A stretch of DNA of 60,742 nt, filler included, from Hausera hauseri (GCA_046269625.1; 12 parts of 12 records of this genome joined end to end with filler, not necessarily neighbours in it); one strand, 5' to 3'. Numbered from the whole stretch's first letter, positions 1 to 13,092 are shown. Notes: generated by a model not told the origin, from the letters alone. Numbers and translations are program-made.

Positions 1-463
1 TTATTTCATGTGTGGTATCAGCTATTTGTTGTTCTGTGTCATCTGCTTTTTCACTAAATTGATCTGTGTCATGAGCTATTTGTTGTTCTGTATCGTCAGG
101 CATTTCATTAAGTTATTTATTTGGGTCAATAATTAAGACTTTTCCATTATTGTCAGTGTCAACTCGAAGACAGCATGATTTGTATCCCATTGTACAAAAA
201 TGATTTCAACTAAATATTGTTTATATTTTGATTGGATGAAAGTCACATTTTTTAAAAATGATAGTTAATTATAGGATGCAAACATAAATAAGCAGATTAT
301 ACTTTGCATGGTATACTGATATTGGTGATTTGATAACAGTTGAAAATGTCGAAACAATATTGAATAAAAAGTTATTTGAAATAAGAAGTAGTAAAATATT
401 TATTATTACACCAACAAAAACTCAATACAAGAACTAATATATATTGAAAGTCAAAAGCCTTTG

Positions 464-1105
464 TCAACTTTTAACCTGTACGGATCGCCAATTATCCGAA
501 GTAATTTTATCCTTATGAGTAAACCTCCATGATGATGGTGTGTATTGTTTATTGCAGTTTCTGTTGGCAGAATAATTGTTTGATGATTTGTAATTGTTGC
601 CATATCCATTGGGTTTAGTCTGATAATTTATGCATTTTTCAGGTGACAAACTTCTTTTTACTATAGTATTTCTCTTATCCTGACCAAACGAAATTGTATT
701 TACAGCATTAACAAAGTCTTTTGCCTTTGCATTACTACAAAATCCAACTGAAATACAAAATCCATTACATATGTAGAGATTTACTAAACGATCCGTCATT
801 ATTACGGAGACTTGTTCATCAATCAATTTCTGGTACATCTTATGTTCTGTATTGCCAGAGAATTTGTTGAAAAATAAAAATCCGTATGAAGGTACACCAT
901 TTCGCTTGTACAGAAAAGCAGTACCAGTGACGTAATTTACATCTAGCGTTCCGTCTAAATCATTGAAGTACACCTTAACATCGTCGAAGCTTCGTTTTAT
1001 CTCCACACACAAGTCATCATGTTTTCTGATAACATTCAATCGCATTTTTTGTGCAACTTCTTCATACGATTGAAGTGATTTTGAATAATTATTCGAATTA
1101 AACAT
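464..1105 (-). CDS. DCP1: Divergent Dcp1-like (mRNA decapping activator, EVH1 domain) protein
   Basis: MRLNVIRKHD..EI..VKVY..VTGTAFLYKRNGVPSYGFLFFNK follows the Dcp1 pattern (LxxLxxHDxxI..VxLY..GTLFVYxR..PxxGFxIxNR). Intact, intronless, with an Asn-rich tail. Confidence 0.75.
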   Translation of the reverse strand: MFNSNNYSKSLQSYEEVAQKMRLNVIRKHDDLCVEIKRSFDDVKVYFNDLDGTLDVNYVTGTAFLYKRNGVPSYGFLFFNKFSGNTEHKMYQKLIDEQVSVIMTDRLVNLYICNGFCISVGFCSNAKAKDFVNAVNTISFGQDKRNTIVKRSLSPEKCINYQTKPNGYGNNYKSSNNYSANRNCNKQYTPSSWRFTHKDKITSDNWRSVQVKS

Positions 1106-2199
1106 TGCTAATGTTATACGAGATGATTACAATGAATTATAACAGTTAATGAATTTAAATTTTGGAGTAAAAAATATTTTATTGAATAATATTGGATAAA
1201 ATACATATCAATTATGTTTACATTTATTTCGAAACGTCTTATGGTCCATTTTGGTATTTTTTGTACAAACTGAACAATGTTAGGCTATTGTGTTGATTAC
1301 GGTATCATGAACTTTGAAATTTTGATTGAAAATTATTTATTCTGATTTGTTATGTATTATAAATTTAATTTTGTTTTTAAAACATATGGTATTTGAAAAG
1401 TAATATTTTGATTAGTTTTACTACATTTCATTACTTTTTGCTTGTTTATGTGTATTTGATAAGTTTATTGGTTGGAAAATTGTTTGGGTTTTCTCAACCT
1501 TAAACTTATACTCTAAAATGATACTAAGAGTAGTTTAGGGTATTTTATTCCCAAGACTTGGCTTCTTAATTATTCTGAGCAGCCTGTGGGGTCTGCTCAA
1601 TTAATTATTTTGGAGTGTGTGTGTGTGTGAGTATCGAATACTAGGAAGTACACTAGTGTCGTTTTCTTTTACTTATTAGAATTTAAACAACCGTCTTATA
1701 TACGGAATACCAAAAAGGGCCTTTAGTTTATATTAGTTAACCTTATCACAAATAAATAATTTAAAAGTATAACATATATCAACAAAGTTTAATAATGAAA
1801 CAATGGTATGAAAATAAACTTACATAAATTGTAGTGACACATGAAAAATAATAGCGAAGATACAGCAACAAGAAATTAACACTAACCATGTCTTTCAAAA
1901 TACGTGCTTATATATTATGTATTGTTGCAATAAACTTATGGCATAATTACAAATAAATTTTTTTATAACTACAACAATCATCAAGCAATAAAAAGAAATG
2001 TTCAGTAACTACTTAGAAATAAAAATAATTCAAATCGTAGTAACTCAAGTAGAGATAAGAGTTTTCATAATTCATGTGTTAATTTTATTGCTGTAGCTGA
2101 AATTGGTTATTAGCACCACAATCGATTGCAATCATTAAATTGTCTCTAGAATCGTTAAATTGTTACTAGGATCGACTGTATTCTTCAACATCTCCATAT

Positions 2200-2673
2200 T
2201 CAGATAAAGCTGTGCTCAGTACCAACGGGTACATCTCCAAGATTCTCATTGGAGTATCTATAGTTGGCGCAATTTAACTGCAGGATTGATTTCCTTTCCG
2301 AATTTTCTTTTTGAGGGTAATTGTTTCTCTGGTTGATCTTTTCTTTTTTTGCTTTTATTAGATCGACCAATACAGATTCATTCAGATTTGTAATGGATGG
2401 CATTTGACTAGTGGTTGGTTGGTCCAGAATTGGCGTCTCTGGGGCTCCGTCAATGTCTATTAATTCAGGGGCTAATTTGGAAGTAATTTTTGTTACCGCT
2501 TGTTCATTCATGTGGGAAATTTCTTTTTGAAGTGAATTTTGTTTCTCGTATTGTGATTTTTCCTGGATGTCATCTTCTTTTGTTTTGTACTTTTGAATCA
2601 CACTATAAATTTTCAGCATTGTTATAGCTTTTTCTCTGGTACGGAGAGGATACATGATATCGTTATATTTCAT
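2200..2673 (-). CDS. Hypothetical protein, probably a mobile-element fragment
   Basis: 157-aa ORF with plausible composition but no recognised motif. Confidence 0.25.
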   Translation of the reverse strand: MKYNDIMYPLRTREKAITMLKIYSVIQKYKTKEDDIQEKSQYEKQNSLQKEISHMNEQAVTKITSKLAPELIDIDGAPETPILDQPTTSQMPSITNLNESVLVDLIKAKKEKINQRNNYPQKENSERKSILQLNCANYRYSNENLGDVPVGTEHSFI

Positions 2674-3016
2674 TAGAATTTGTTTTTGAATAAATTTTTT
2701 CCGGATTTATTTCTTGATATAATAAATGCCTGATATCAAGTATTGCATTGATATTGACCAAATCAAGATGTAAATTTGTATTGAAAACGTTCATTCCGAC
2801 GATTAACTTTCCATTGAATTTTTGTCTGATTAAGGACCTTGTGAGGATATAATTGAGAACAGAAATTCTAAATTTAAATTAGGTACGTATTTAAATTTAA
2901 ATTAAAAATTTAATTTAAAGGTAATATTAAAAGTCTAATTTAAATTTTGAAAATTTGTTTCAAAATAAATATTTTGGATTATAATAAAAATTTTCAACAA
3001 CTGTTGTTACTTTTCA

Positions 3017-3380
3017 GTGAGCAATTACAAACGATCAAATTCAGATTTAGCGGACAGACCAGAGGGCGGGGATTTTCCAACCCTACCCAAGCCGGGCGAC
3101 GAGGTGGACGGCGTGCATGCGAACGCGGCCAACATGGCGACTTACGCCACAATGGACATCTTCGCGAACCAATTGCTGCCCAACAAATTCAGGAAAGGCG
3201 ACGACGTAGAGAAGTTCATTAAAGGATGTGAAAAATTCTTTAAATATATGAACACTCCGGCGGCAAAGCGAGAAATCATGGTTGAATGTCTCTTGGAGGA
3301 AGATGCACTATAAAGATGCGAGGCAATAGATGCAATGATCACGGGATACCAAAACCGACTACGGAAGGCTTTCGCCCGAT
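3017..3380 (+). pseudogene. LTR-retrotransposon Gag N-terminal fragment
   Basis: PNKFRKGDDVEKFIKGCEKFF...LLEEDAL*...YQNRLRKAFA resembles a capsid N-terminal helix pattern. Has an internal stop and is truncated at the pPolB junction. Confidence 0.55.
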
Positions 3381-5300
3381 CCTCAGGGTTTATGATTGTC
3401 ACCATATTTTGAAATGGCCAATAAACGGATTTCCGCGCTGGGAACTATCCGTAATTCTGACTACGATGGAGAAATACCTGTCACTGTCTTCTCGTATAAA
3501 CCGGTTTAAAGTACAATTCCTTGATTTATTGCAATTTCTCAATGAATCTCTGGCAAAGCTAGTAAATGCCTTGCCAGATGTGCCGCTAACATTGACTCAG
3601 TTCCACGTACATATTTCGCGTAACAAAAGCATATTCCCATATGACTTTGCGACATCGTACGAGTGGCTCCAGACGACAAACGAATTACCACTGCAATGGC
3701 CCTGTATCACAGAAGAAGAATATCACAGAGCAAAGTCGTTTTGGGCTGAGCTCGGCTGCAGAAACCTCTTGGAGTACATGTTTCACTATCTGAAATTGGA
3801 TGTGTACCTGTTAGCCCATGTGTTTCAGACATTTCAAGCTAAGGCGTTGGCAGAAGATAGTCTGGAGCTCCTCAACTTTTACTCAATACCCGGAATGAGT
3901 TAGGCATCAGCTCTGGTGTCACTGGATAGGGATATTGAGCTATTGCAAGACCCGAAAATGTACCGAATGTTTGATGTTGGTATTCGTGGCGTCATGACAT
4001 TTGTCAACAATCATTACGTAATTAGTGATGATATTATATCACTGTTGTATATTGCCATTAATAACCTGTACGGCTGGGCGCTTTTGCAACCCTTGTCGTA
4101 CAGTTTATTCAAATGGGGAGTTGACAAAGAGGACCTGGACACAATACTGGAAAATCTGCCTAGAGCAGACACGGCAGAAAACAGCTCAATCGGGTACCTG
4201 ATGGAAGGTGATCTCGTGGTACCAGATGAACTGCATGACTTTCAGGATGAACTGCCGGTAGCACCAATTAGCCAATGTCCAACGGGCTCGAAGGTGAAGA
4301 AGCTGATTATGACGTATGAACATAAACAAAACTACATAGTTCATTGGAGTCTGTTGCAATTTTACATGCAGTTGGGTGTACGCGTCCTACAGCTGCGTCG
4401 CGCAATCCGATTTGCGTAGGCCCCGATATCTAAGCCGTATATTAGTCGGAATTCGGAAAAACGAGCTAAAGCTTGTACAAAGTTTGAAAAAGACTATTAC
4501 AAACTTAAAAATAATTCGCTCTACGGAAAATTAGTAGAAAATCTGGAAAAGCGGCTCAATGTACGCCTGTGCAATAACGAAAAGCGGTTGGTCACGTACA
4601 TGAGCAAGGTACCGTTCAGGCGATCAATGCACATTGTCGATGGATTGGTTGCCGTGCTTTTAAACAGGGAAGGAGTCGTACTGGACCGGCCAAGTTATAT
4701 AGGGCAAGTGGTATTGGATCTGAGCATGTTGCGGATATATAAACTGCAGTATCGCGATTTGGCACGATACCGGCAAATGTTTGGTGGTGGCGGATGCAGA
4801 ATCAGTATAATTGCCGGTGACACAGATAGTTATTCTTGGAACTGGCAAACGTCAATCGATAACAACTACTGCGGCAAATGATGAAAGACAGATTACTGGA
4901 CACATCCAATTACCCACAGAATCATCCATTGTACAGCAACGCCATCACAAACAAAATTGGCTGCTTCAAGGATGAAAGTGAAAGTCGGGTTCAGTATAGA
5001 GAATTGATATTTCTACTGCCAAAATATTAGTCTTTTAACTAACTGTGGACCAATAATGCGCGCCAAAGGAGTTAAGTTGGCCCAGACGGAAATAAGTCGC
5101 GGTGATTTTTGCTGTATTTATGAAGGAGGACACGGAGAACAAAAACAAAGGCTGTTGTGTCACAAACGATCATCCGATCGACTGAGCACCAGTTGTATAC
5201 GGTGACCAATACAAAAGTCGCTTTATCATGTAATGATGATAAGCGTAAGTGCGTGGGGCGAAATAAGAGTTGGACTTACGGACATTGCCCTTTGGAATAA
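3381..5300 (+). pseudogene. Polinton/Maverick protein-primed family B DNA polymerase (pPolB), decayed
   Basis: YDCHHIL (ExoII), FLDLLQFL, KSIFPYDF, YLKLDV (ExoIII), GIRG, INNLYGWA (motif A), KLKNNSLYGK (motif B), GDTDS (motif C), terminal DDKR...YGH. Several stops and frameshifts. Confidence 0.95.
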
Positions 5301-5552
5301 AATACACGCACACGCATGAATTCGGTGCTGATGAGACAGACCGATTAAAGGACCCATATACTGTGACAATTCATTTCGATCTGCGTTTTGTATAAATAAT
5401 GTATATTATTCGTTGCCTTTGCCTTTTGTTTTATCATTTAATTTATCTCTATATATTTATATATTTAGCTAAATGTGACGAGAAACAATATGAAAAACAA
5501 ACAAAATTAATAAAATTTATTAATCATAAGCTAAAATCAAAAACAAAGTAAG

Positions 5553-6070
5553 TCAAATCAGCGTAAACTTTCCCACCTTCCATATTGGTGATTTAACGCC
5601 GTGCAGATCCTTGTATCCTTTCAACTCCAATATTAGATAGCCTTTAGCTCCTTCCGGTGGCAAAACTGCTGTTGCTCCTGCTGCTGTTTCTCCGTCATGT
5701 AAACTGACAATTTTCGCCATATTTCCTTTGAGAAAAATTGATGATGTATCCCGGATATCGTTACCCAACGCCAAATATCTGTCAACTTTTCTATTTGTGT
5801 CTTCCATTGTATCCAAATAATCATTGCTGATTTTTTTCAACAATAGACCATATTTCACCGGTTTGAATTTGACCGTTTGCATCAATGGCAATTGAATAGC
5901 GTTGCGCAGATAATAAAAGTTGTATCTATTTTACAACCGGGAATTTCTGAGCGAATATTTGCTGTACTTTGGATTTTTTGAGAGACTCGCGGAACTGTCA
6001 CCTGAATTGTTTTGTAGACATTTTTTAAAGAAGACAAACGTGAAATGAAATTGCATCCATATTCATTCAT
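5553..6070 (-). pseudogene. Unknown Polinton-associated protein, probably one ORF split by a frameshift
   Basis: Overlapping ORFs 5882-6070 and 5553-5891, convergent with pPolB and packed directly after the RING ORF. Confidence 0.4.
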
Positions 6071-6085
6071 ACATACTATTTAAAA

Positions 6086-6283
6086 TTACCTCCACGTCAT
6101 TGAAGCCCATGACACTGTTTCGTTCCGTTTTCGAAGTCGTTCGTAATAAATGTGTACAATTTCCATTATAGTACATTTACATTTTGGACATTGAGTCACT
6201 TTGGAACACATTTGACAAACAACGAGGTGGCCGCACATTAAGAGTACCGTATCCACTTTTCTTTCTTTACATAGTACACACAA
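6086..6283 (-). CDS. IAP-type C3HC4 RING finger protein, 5' part broken
   Basis: CVLCKERKVDTVLLMCGHLVVCQMC....CPKCKCTI.....IY matches the C-terminal RING of IAP/MUL1-like E3 ligases. Confidence 0.85.
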   Translation of the reverse strand: MCVLCKERKVDTVLLMCGHLVVCQMCSKVTQCPKCKCTIMEIVHIYYERLRKRNETVSWASMTWR

Positions 6284-6383
6284 ACTGACAGTCTCGTACT
6301 TTATCCATTATTTTCTCTTTCAAGTTATTTAATTCACCGCGTACCTTTTTAACAGTATTAAAGTAATTTGTATCATGCAATCG

Positions 6384-6483
6384 NNNNNNNNNNNNNNNNN
6401 NNNNNNNNNNNNNNNNNNNNNNNNNNNTTAATTAATTAANNNNNNNNNNNNNNNNNNNNNNNNNNNNNNNNNNNNNNNNNNNN
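6384..6483. other. Artificial contig spacer (N44 + TTAATTAATTAA + N44), first of 11
   Basis: Identical 100-nt linker with stops in all six frames, also at 12703-12802, 16924-17023, 21360-21459, 26300-26399, 31978-32077, 36483-36582, 41029-41128, 45523-45622, 50193-50292 and 54311-54410. Confidence 0.99.
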
Positions 6484-6799
6484 TTCTTCTGATATTTCTC
6501 TGGAATTAAATCGTAAGGCCCTGCGAACTCGGCAAAGAATCTATTCCGAAAGCATTTTTTTCCTCCCACGCTATGACATTGTGGCGTAGAAACGTAACCT
6601 ACAGTAGGATTTAAATGCGAATGGCATTCTATCTGACGTTTCTCGATTAAAAAAAAAAAAAAATGTGGTTTGCGCATGTCATCTAACGGTAAACGGAAAG
6701 GAAAGGAAACATTCTACTCAAGAGCCGACCTTGAACAACGGGTAGTGAATAAATGCAGAAGTTGAAAGCTGAAATACGCGCGTGGGGCGTTAAGCTTCG

Positions 6800-7025
6800 T
6801 TTACACTACGAGCCGTCGGATCGCTCCAGCCGCAAAAGCCGCGGAAACCTCGTAGGCGCGACGATTTCGATCGCTAGCGCGCGACCGTCGAGCCGTCGCG
6901 GCCGAGGGTCAAAAGGTCAGCGGCCGCCCCTCAACCAATCACAGCGTAGACTCTCTCTCCTCTATCGTCCAATGGATATCGTCCAAGCATATTTGTTTAC
7001 GTTTTTTCTTCTCCTGACTTGGAAA
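6800..7025 (+). promoter_or_regulatory. CpG-rich Pol II promoter / 5' region
   Basis: Local CpG/GC peak in very AT-rich DNA, two CCAAT boxes (~6935, ~6969) and a YY1-like AAAATGGC over the ATG. Confidence 0.6.
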
Positions 7026-8585
7026 ATGGCCGCTGGTTTACGAAGTTCAGACGATGTACCGATCTGCGTTGTGAAATATAAACGGTAAGTAACTTATTTT
7101 TAACTTATGTTTTCGTTTGTTGCATCTTCTTTTTCAACTTACAAGTTATTTTATGCTTGACAAGTGTCGTATTTTTTTTATTATTATTGAAGACTTTTAC
7201 ATTCGGAATAGAAGAACCGGCTTCGAGCTTTGCATACGGATTCTTGCTTAATAACAAAAATCTGATTTTGCAATCGGTCATGAGTTACTCAGATTAAATT
7301 AGACGAACTACATTGTTCATTAATTATTTATTAAATTCTCCAAAAAGTTTTTGACTAAAGCTTTTTTTTTTTTTGTGCACGTAACTCTTCATGAAATAAA
7401 AATGAACTCTTTTACTTATCACAAAAGTTTTACATCATATTATCTAATCATTATTTCTGCAGCTATGTTCCCCTAACTTACGCATTGTTTGTTTTTTTTA
7501 TATTGAAAACATATTTTTTTCTTCCAATTCCTTCAAAACAGAATTAATTGAATGTTATTTATATAGGAACCTGATGGATATAATCTTGTAGATTTAGTGA
7601 AATAGCAACTCAAACTGTAATTTATTTAGTTTTGAGATTTGTATAACTTTGAACTGGTATACGTGAAATATTTTGAATAAATTGTTAAAATATTTAAAGA
7701 TAAGTATGTGCTTATTCTTTTATAGTATATATATATGTGTGTATTATTATTACAATGGGAAGCTATTAATATAGTGATAAAGCATTCCTAATATCTGTTT
7801 AAATATTGAGGAAACAAAATAGTTTTGAAATATGAATGAAAAATAATTTTACCAATAGTTTTGTGGTAACATGAGAATTGTCGAGTTTGAGATTTGAATA
7901 AATGTTGTTCGTTGTATAGAACAAGACTCTGATTGTATGATTGGATGAAGTCAGGATTATGGTAAATTTATGAGTCTCTATATTGTAATCTATTTATATT
8001 AATCTAATGATTCAGAATCACTGTTAATTAATTTGTATCCATTTAATTATAATTGTTCAGACAGTCTAAATGACAGAATCTTTATAAATTATCAAGTTAG
8101 ATTTTTAGTCTCTTGAAGCAAGTTGACTGTCTAGAATTTATTTTTGCTTTATATGAATAAAGCAAAATTATATCTTTCTTTGACTCTCGTTAATGATCTT
8201 ATACTCAAGCTTTTGCCTGGTGGTGTTAGGAAGTCGGGTTTGTATGGTATCTGTCTCATGACTATAATAATAATTTTGAATCTTTATACTTCCTGGCACT
8301 ACACATATATATATACAGAATAAGGGGGTTTGTTCAATAAGGCATTTTAGTATGAATTAATAGTAATAAATTTGTTTTTATGTTATATTTTATGACGTGT
8401 GTTATGTGTCTAATTTTTCTTGAATTTTAATTTTTAAAAACATAAACTTTGTATATGAACGACACTTACAATTTATATTCTCCCACAGTGATGAAGTTGG
8501 ATGAAGGACAGGGACTCTGTGCTGTGATGTAGAAGAATCTATTCTTGGGAAGCCCATGTGTTACTCCAAACTGATCTTTTGATTG
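7026..8585 (+). other. First two exons of an unidentified gene (..7084; 8489-8585) carrying a 24-codon spliced ORF
   Basis: Donor CG|GTAAGT at 7085; branch CTTAC, pyrimidine tract and CAG ending at 8488; donor TG|GTGAGC at 8586. Joined reading is MAAGLRSSDDVPICVVKYKRDEVG*. Confidence 0.55.
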
Positions 8586-11500
8586 GTGAGCAGTTCAGAT
8601 TTTCAAGGGATTTATTTTTCATTTGTTATTTAAGATTTCATTAATTAAAAACACAAGGTTAGGAAGTTTTATCAATTTTGTTAGGTGACAGGAACAGGGT
8701 TTTACTGTGTGTTATTTTATTTGTTTATCAAGTAATCATTTTATAGTCTACATCTGATTGAGATTTCTGATTAAATAAATCATAAGCAATTAATCATAAA
8801 AATAAGTAATTTTCATAAGCTTTAAATCTTAATCATTTTTTTTTCTGCTGAAACATGATGAAAAATGCACATCAAAACTCAAGTTTAATAGGCTACATCC
8901 TTATTAAAAATTGTAGGAACAATGAGAAGATTGCATTAAAAAGAATTCTAATGCAATTAATTTTTTCCTCAAATATCACTTATTTCAATGAAATGATTAT
9001 AAGATTTTGCATGAATTTCTAAGGATGCACATCTACTAATGAAATAGATTCTTCAAATACTAATTATTTTCAAGATGAGAATTGTTTGTAAATTATATTT
9101 TAATATTGTTTTAATTAACAAAATTAATAATTAATGCTCAACCACTGTATAAAAAAATAATTCTTTGATTAAGTGACTACACTATATATAGAGTGCTGTA
9201 TGGGACAGCACTATGCATATACACCATGCAGACACATGTTCTGCACTGACCATTTTGTATGAACAAAATTCTGAATTACAAATTCAGGACAAAATCATCT
9301 TTAGTGGAAAATGCTAAAATATTGTATTCTTTTTGTTTTTACAGAAATGTTTAAATCTGATGTTTTGATTTTTCATCTATGCATTATCAGCAATACATAA
9401 ATTTTAAATAAACACAGTTTTCAGAATTTTAATAACATAGATTTAAAAATAAATATGTAAATAAATCAATATGTCAGTTATTGCAAATACATAAATATTA
9501 ATACGTATTAATATAATTTATATTTTCATATAGTTTTAATTTAAATTTTAGCAATTATTAATTCTTATTACTAAATATGTTAATGCATTTTATTCATGTT
9601 AAGAGGAGACAAAATACTATTTGTCCCTGAGCCTCATACGCTCAAGTTACACCACTGGGAGGTATCCTCAAGTGTGCAAATTTTTCTTATTTATGGGCAC
9701 TTTTGTTATTTCATTTTAAAGCCATGACAAAACTTTACTGTTTAAACACATAAATAGTGTAAAAAAAAAATTGCTAGTTGTGTTTTAAATATTTTTGTAG
9801 TTTTTCTTTTAGATTTGAATGTGTGCAATACTTGAATTGCACATGTTTTAATGAAGCTAGTTCTTGAAGATTCTCTGTGTATATATAAGTAATGAAGATA
9901 TGAATGAACACTTACCAATTCCAAATAGTGGTGTATATCATGATGATATAATTTTTGTAGTACGTAAAATGTATACAAAATTCATAGTTTTTCAGTAATT
10001 CTTTTCTATATATAATGTGAAGTATTGTAAAAATATAGCAATATTCCTAATAACCGGGTAATCTAATTCTACAATATTTTTAAAAGTACCCTTTTGGAAT
10101 AGTGTTTATTTTATTAATATGACAACATGAATATTAAATTTAGTCAGAAAAAACAATTAATATTTTTTATCAATAACTTAACAAAAGAAACCATATCATT
10201 CATACCATTTCGTGATTGTGTGATGTCATAAAAGATATAAAAAGGGTAAGCAGCACTTATTTCAGATTATATTTTTTATTTTCCTTCAAGATTTGTCAAT
10301 GATGTCAATTGTGTTCTGACTTTTTCAATAGTGCCATCATTTCATGAATATATATATACAAATGATTTGTTGGTGGTGGGGGGGGGATTTTTTTATTTGG
10401 CTGTAAATCACTCTTAAATTATAAATTTAACACACATCTTAAATTTATAAATTTTTTCACAACAGTATAATCAATATCTTCCCTCACCTTCCGCCCCCCC
10501 CTCCCAACCCAAATTAATTCTGTCCTCCCATTTCGCACATGCCACAATTTATAAAAGGGTATTAAAATCTCTAAACAAAAACTTCTAATTAGTGTTGTTT
10601 TTTTTTTTTAAATACAGATGCACAATCATTTACTGTAGCTTTTCAATGACACATTTTATAAACCTGCTACTTCATACATGCAACCACTTATAAAAATGTA
10701 TTGAAAATATCCTTTCGGCAAAACAAAACAAACAAAAAAACCCCACTAATTACCACTTACCCTCCCAACATAAATCAATAAACATTTTCTTACTTTATTT
10801 GGATTTAAAAAAAAATAATAATCACTGAAATTTTAAAATGAACTTGTATCTTCTCTTTACTCAGTTCTTAAGACTAAATCCATCACATCACAGTACATGT
10901 CTGTGCATGTCTGTTGCTACCATAAAGTGTTTGAATCTTATACAAAGATATTTAACGTTACCGTGAATTAGAAATCGCACTCTGTGCATGGCAGAGTGTT
11001 TGCCAAGGCTTACTATTTTAATATATAAGATATATGGGTCGCATTGTAATATTGCAATTAAAAACAATCACCCTTAAGTTTATACATCTTTGTATTACTT
11101 GATGAATATAAACCCTCCCCCAGTAAGTTGACCATTCAGTGAAAAGTAATTTATATTTTATAGTTCTGAAAACATTTTTTTCTTTTTCAGGTTCCATATT
11201 ATTCTTGGACATCACAGAAATGATAAAATCAAGGTAGAAGCACTATGAAAAAAAAAAAATTAAAATGCTATGTAATATTAAATGTATATTTCTGTGATAT
11301 TCAATAAAGAGCAGTTCTGTTTTTATCAGTATACTTAGAATTTATTTGTTGTAGATTTTATTTATCTAGGAAATATAGCAGAATGTAGATTATCAAATAC
11401 AGGTAAGCTTCTAGAAATTGATGGGATAATACAGGTAACTCTTAATGCTTTTCAAAATAACTTCATTAACCACTTCAGCAGCAGTCCTGATTATATTCGT

Positions 11501-12802
11501 CATATGGAATGCATTGCATTATGACCTTCCCATACTCATATAATCAGATAAAAAATATTTCTGATATTTGTAAAAATATTTTCTTGCAGTTAAAATATCA
11601 ATGTTTGAAAACAATCTGTGAAACGTAAATGAAGACCAAACGTATTTTATTAGGACTGCTTCATTAATGAATTATTTTACTGACATTTAAATAATTTGGT
11701 AAGGTAAAGAAATGAATAAAATTTTTTATTGTACATACAGTGGTACATCACTTGCACATAGAACGTAATATTGTATGTATTGGTTAGTGTTGTTATTTAC
11801 ATGGAAAAACTAAAATTTCATCTTTTAAAAAGGGCAGAATTTCTAATGGGCAGTTGAATTCTGGGGGAGAAAAGTACCACAGAATTTATTATATCATTGG
11901 GAGAATACTACAATTAGGTAAGTACAAATCGTCCATGATTAAAAAAAAAATGCAGGTACCTGAGTATCTTTTCACTTTTCTGAATATTTTTTTTTCCAAA
12001 TAAGGCAGCATTACTTCTAATTAAAATTAAGAAAAGGTTCTAAAATAAAGTCTATTATTATTATTTATCTTATCTATAACCTAGCCTAATGGCACCTTCT
12101 GTGTCAATAGGTTTTTATGCATCTTTTGGCAATTTTGTAGTTATCTAATTAAAGTAGTTGCCCAACTGTATGGTATATTACAAAGTAAAAAAAAAAAAGG
12201 TAAATTTTGATTTGTAAGGGACAGATGCGATAAAATTTTTAAAATGGCAATTTTTGGAGATTGTATGCTCTAAATAGTTTTCTATTTGCTGAAAATGTTA
12301 TATAATATTATAAGAATATTGAGTCTATTTTATTTAGTTACTCACATTAACCCAAGTGGAGATGGTACCCTGCCCTACCATAAGTGGGTGTTTTTGTATG
12401 TTCCAACATAACTTCTGAACAGCTGGGGCTATTTAGATGAAATTTGGTACACATGTTCCTCATTTCCCTACAACAAATATTGGATGTTCAACTTGTATTT
12501 CAAAGTTGTCAGAACTTTTGAGTAATCCTTAAGTATTTTTTTTATTATTATTTTAACATTTATGACATTTTAAAGTATCTAGAGTTCACTTACCTTATTT
12601 TATGTTTCCTTCCTGCAAGTTAACGGTTTTAGTTTTAATCTTTTGAAATATTATTCACCTGAAAATACAACTATTATACATCAATGGCCATTCTATTTAA
12701 TGNNNNNNNNNNNNNNNNNNNNNNNNNNNNNNNNNNNNNNNNNNNNTTAATTAATTAANNNNNNNNNNNNNNNNNNNNNNNNNNNNNNNNNNNNNNNNNN
12801 NN

Positions 12803-13092
12803 GTCCAAAACAACTCGACAGTGGAACAGAATAGTAAAAAGGCCGCCGAAAGATTACAACTATTGGAAGATCAAAAACGTGGACATCGAATGTTTCAAGT
12901 GGGGGAAGATGTATTAGTAAAAAAAGACCCACACAAAAGAAAGATGGGGATAGATAGGAAGGGCCATACCGAATAGTTAAATTCCTTACTCCACATCAGG
13001 CGGTACAACAATTTCCGAATAGACTGAAACCCAGGAGAATCGAGTGGTTGAAAAGAATGACGTCAAACAACAAAACGGCGAGAGAGGGAAGT
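12803..13092 (+). mobile_element. Gypsy integrase C-terminal (GPY/F) remnant and polypurine tract
   Basis: FQVGEDVLVKK...DR*EGPYRIVK followed by GAGAGAGGGAAG. Confidence 0.7.

Noticed and set aside
3901-4419. Alternative genetic code explaining in-frame stops
   Set aside because: Stops of all three types fall at different conserved residues alongside frameshifts, which is ordinary decay. Only the UGA-CARYYA stop is shared between copies.
6384-6483. Recurring TTAATTAATTAA palindrome and ORFs crossing it
   Set aside because: Artificial joining linker. Adjacency across linkers carries no biological meaning.
8488-8574. Box C/D snoRNA (GTGATGA...CTGA)
   Set aside because: No terminal stem, and the segment is bounded by canonical splice acceptor and donor sites, so an exon is the simpler reading.
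8600-12702. Short ORFs in the AT-rich stretch
   Set aside because: Intron-like DNA with no coding motifs.
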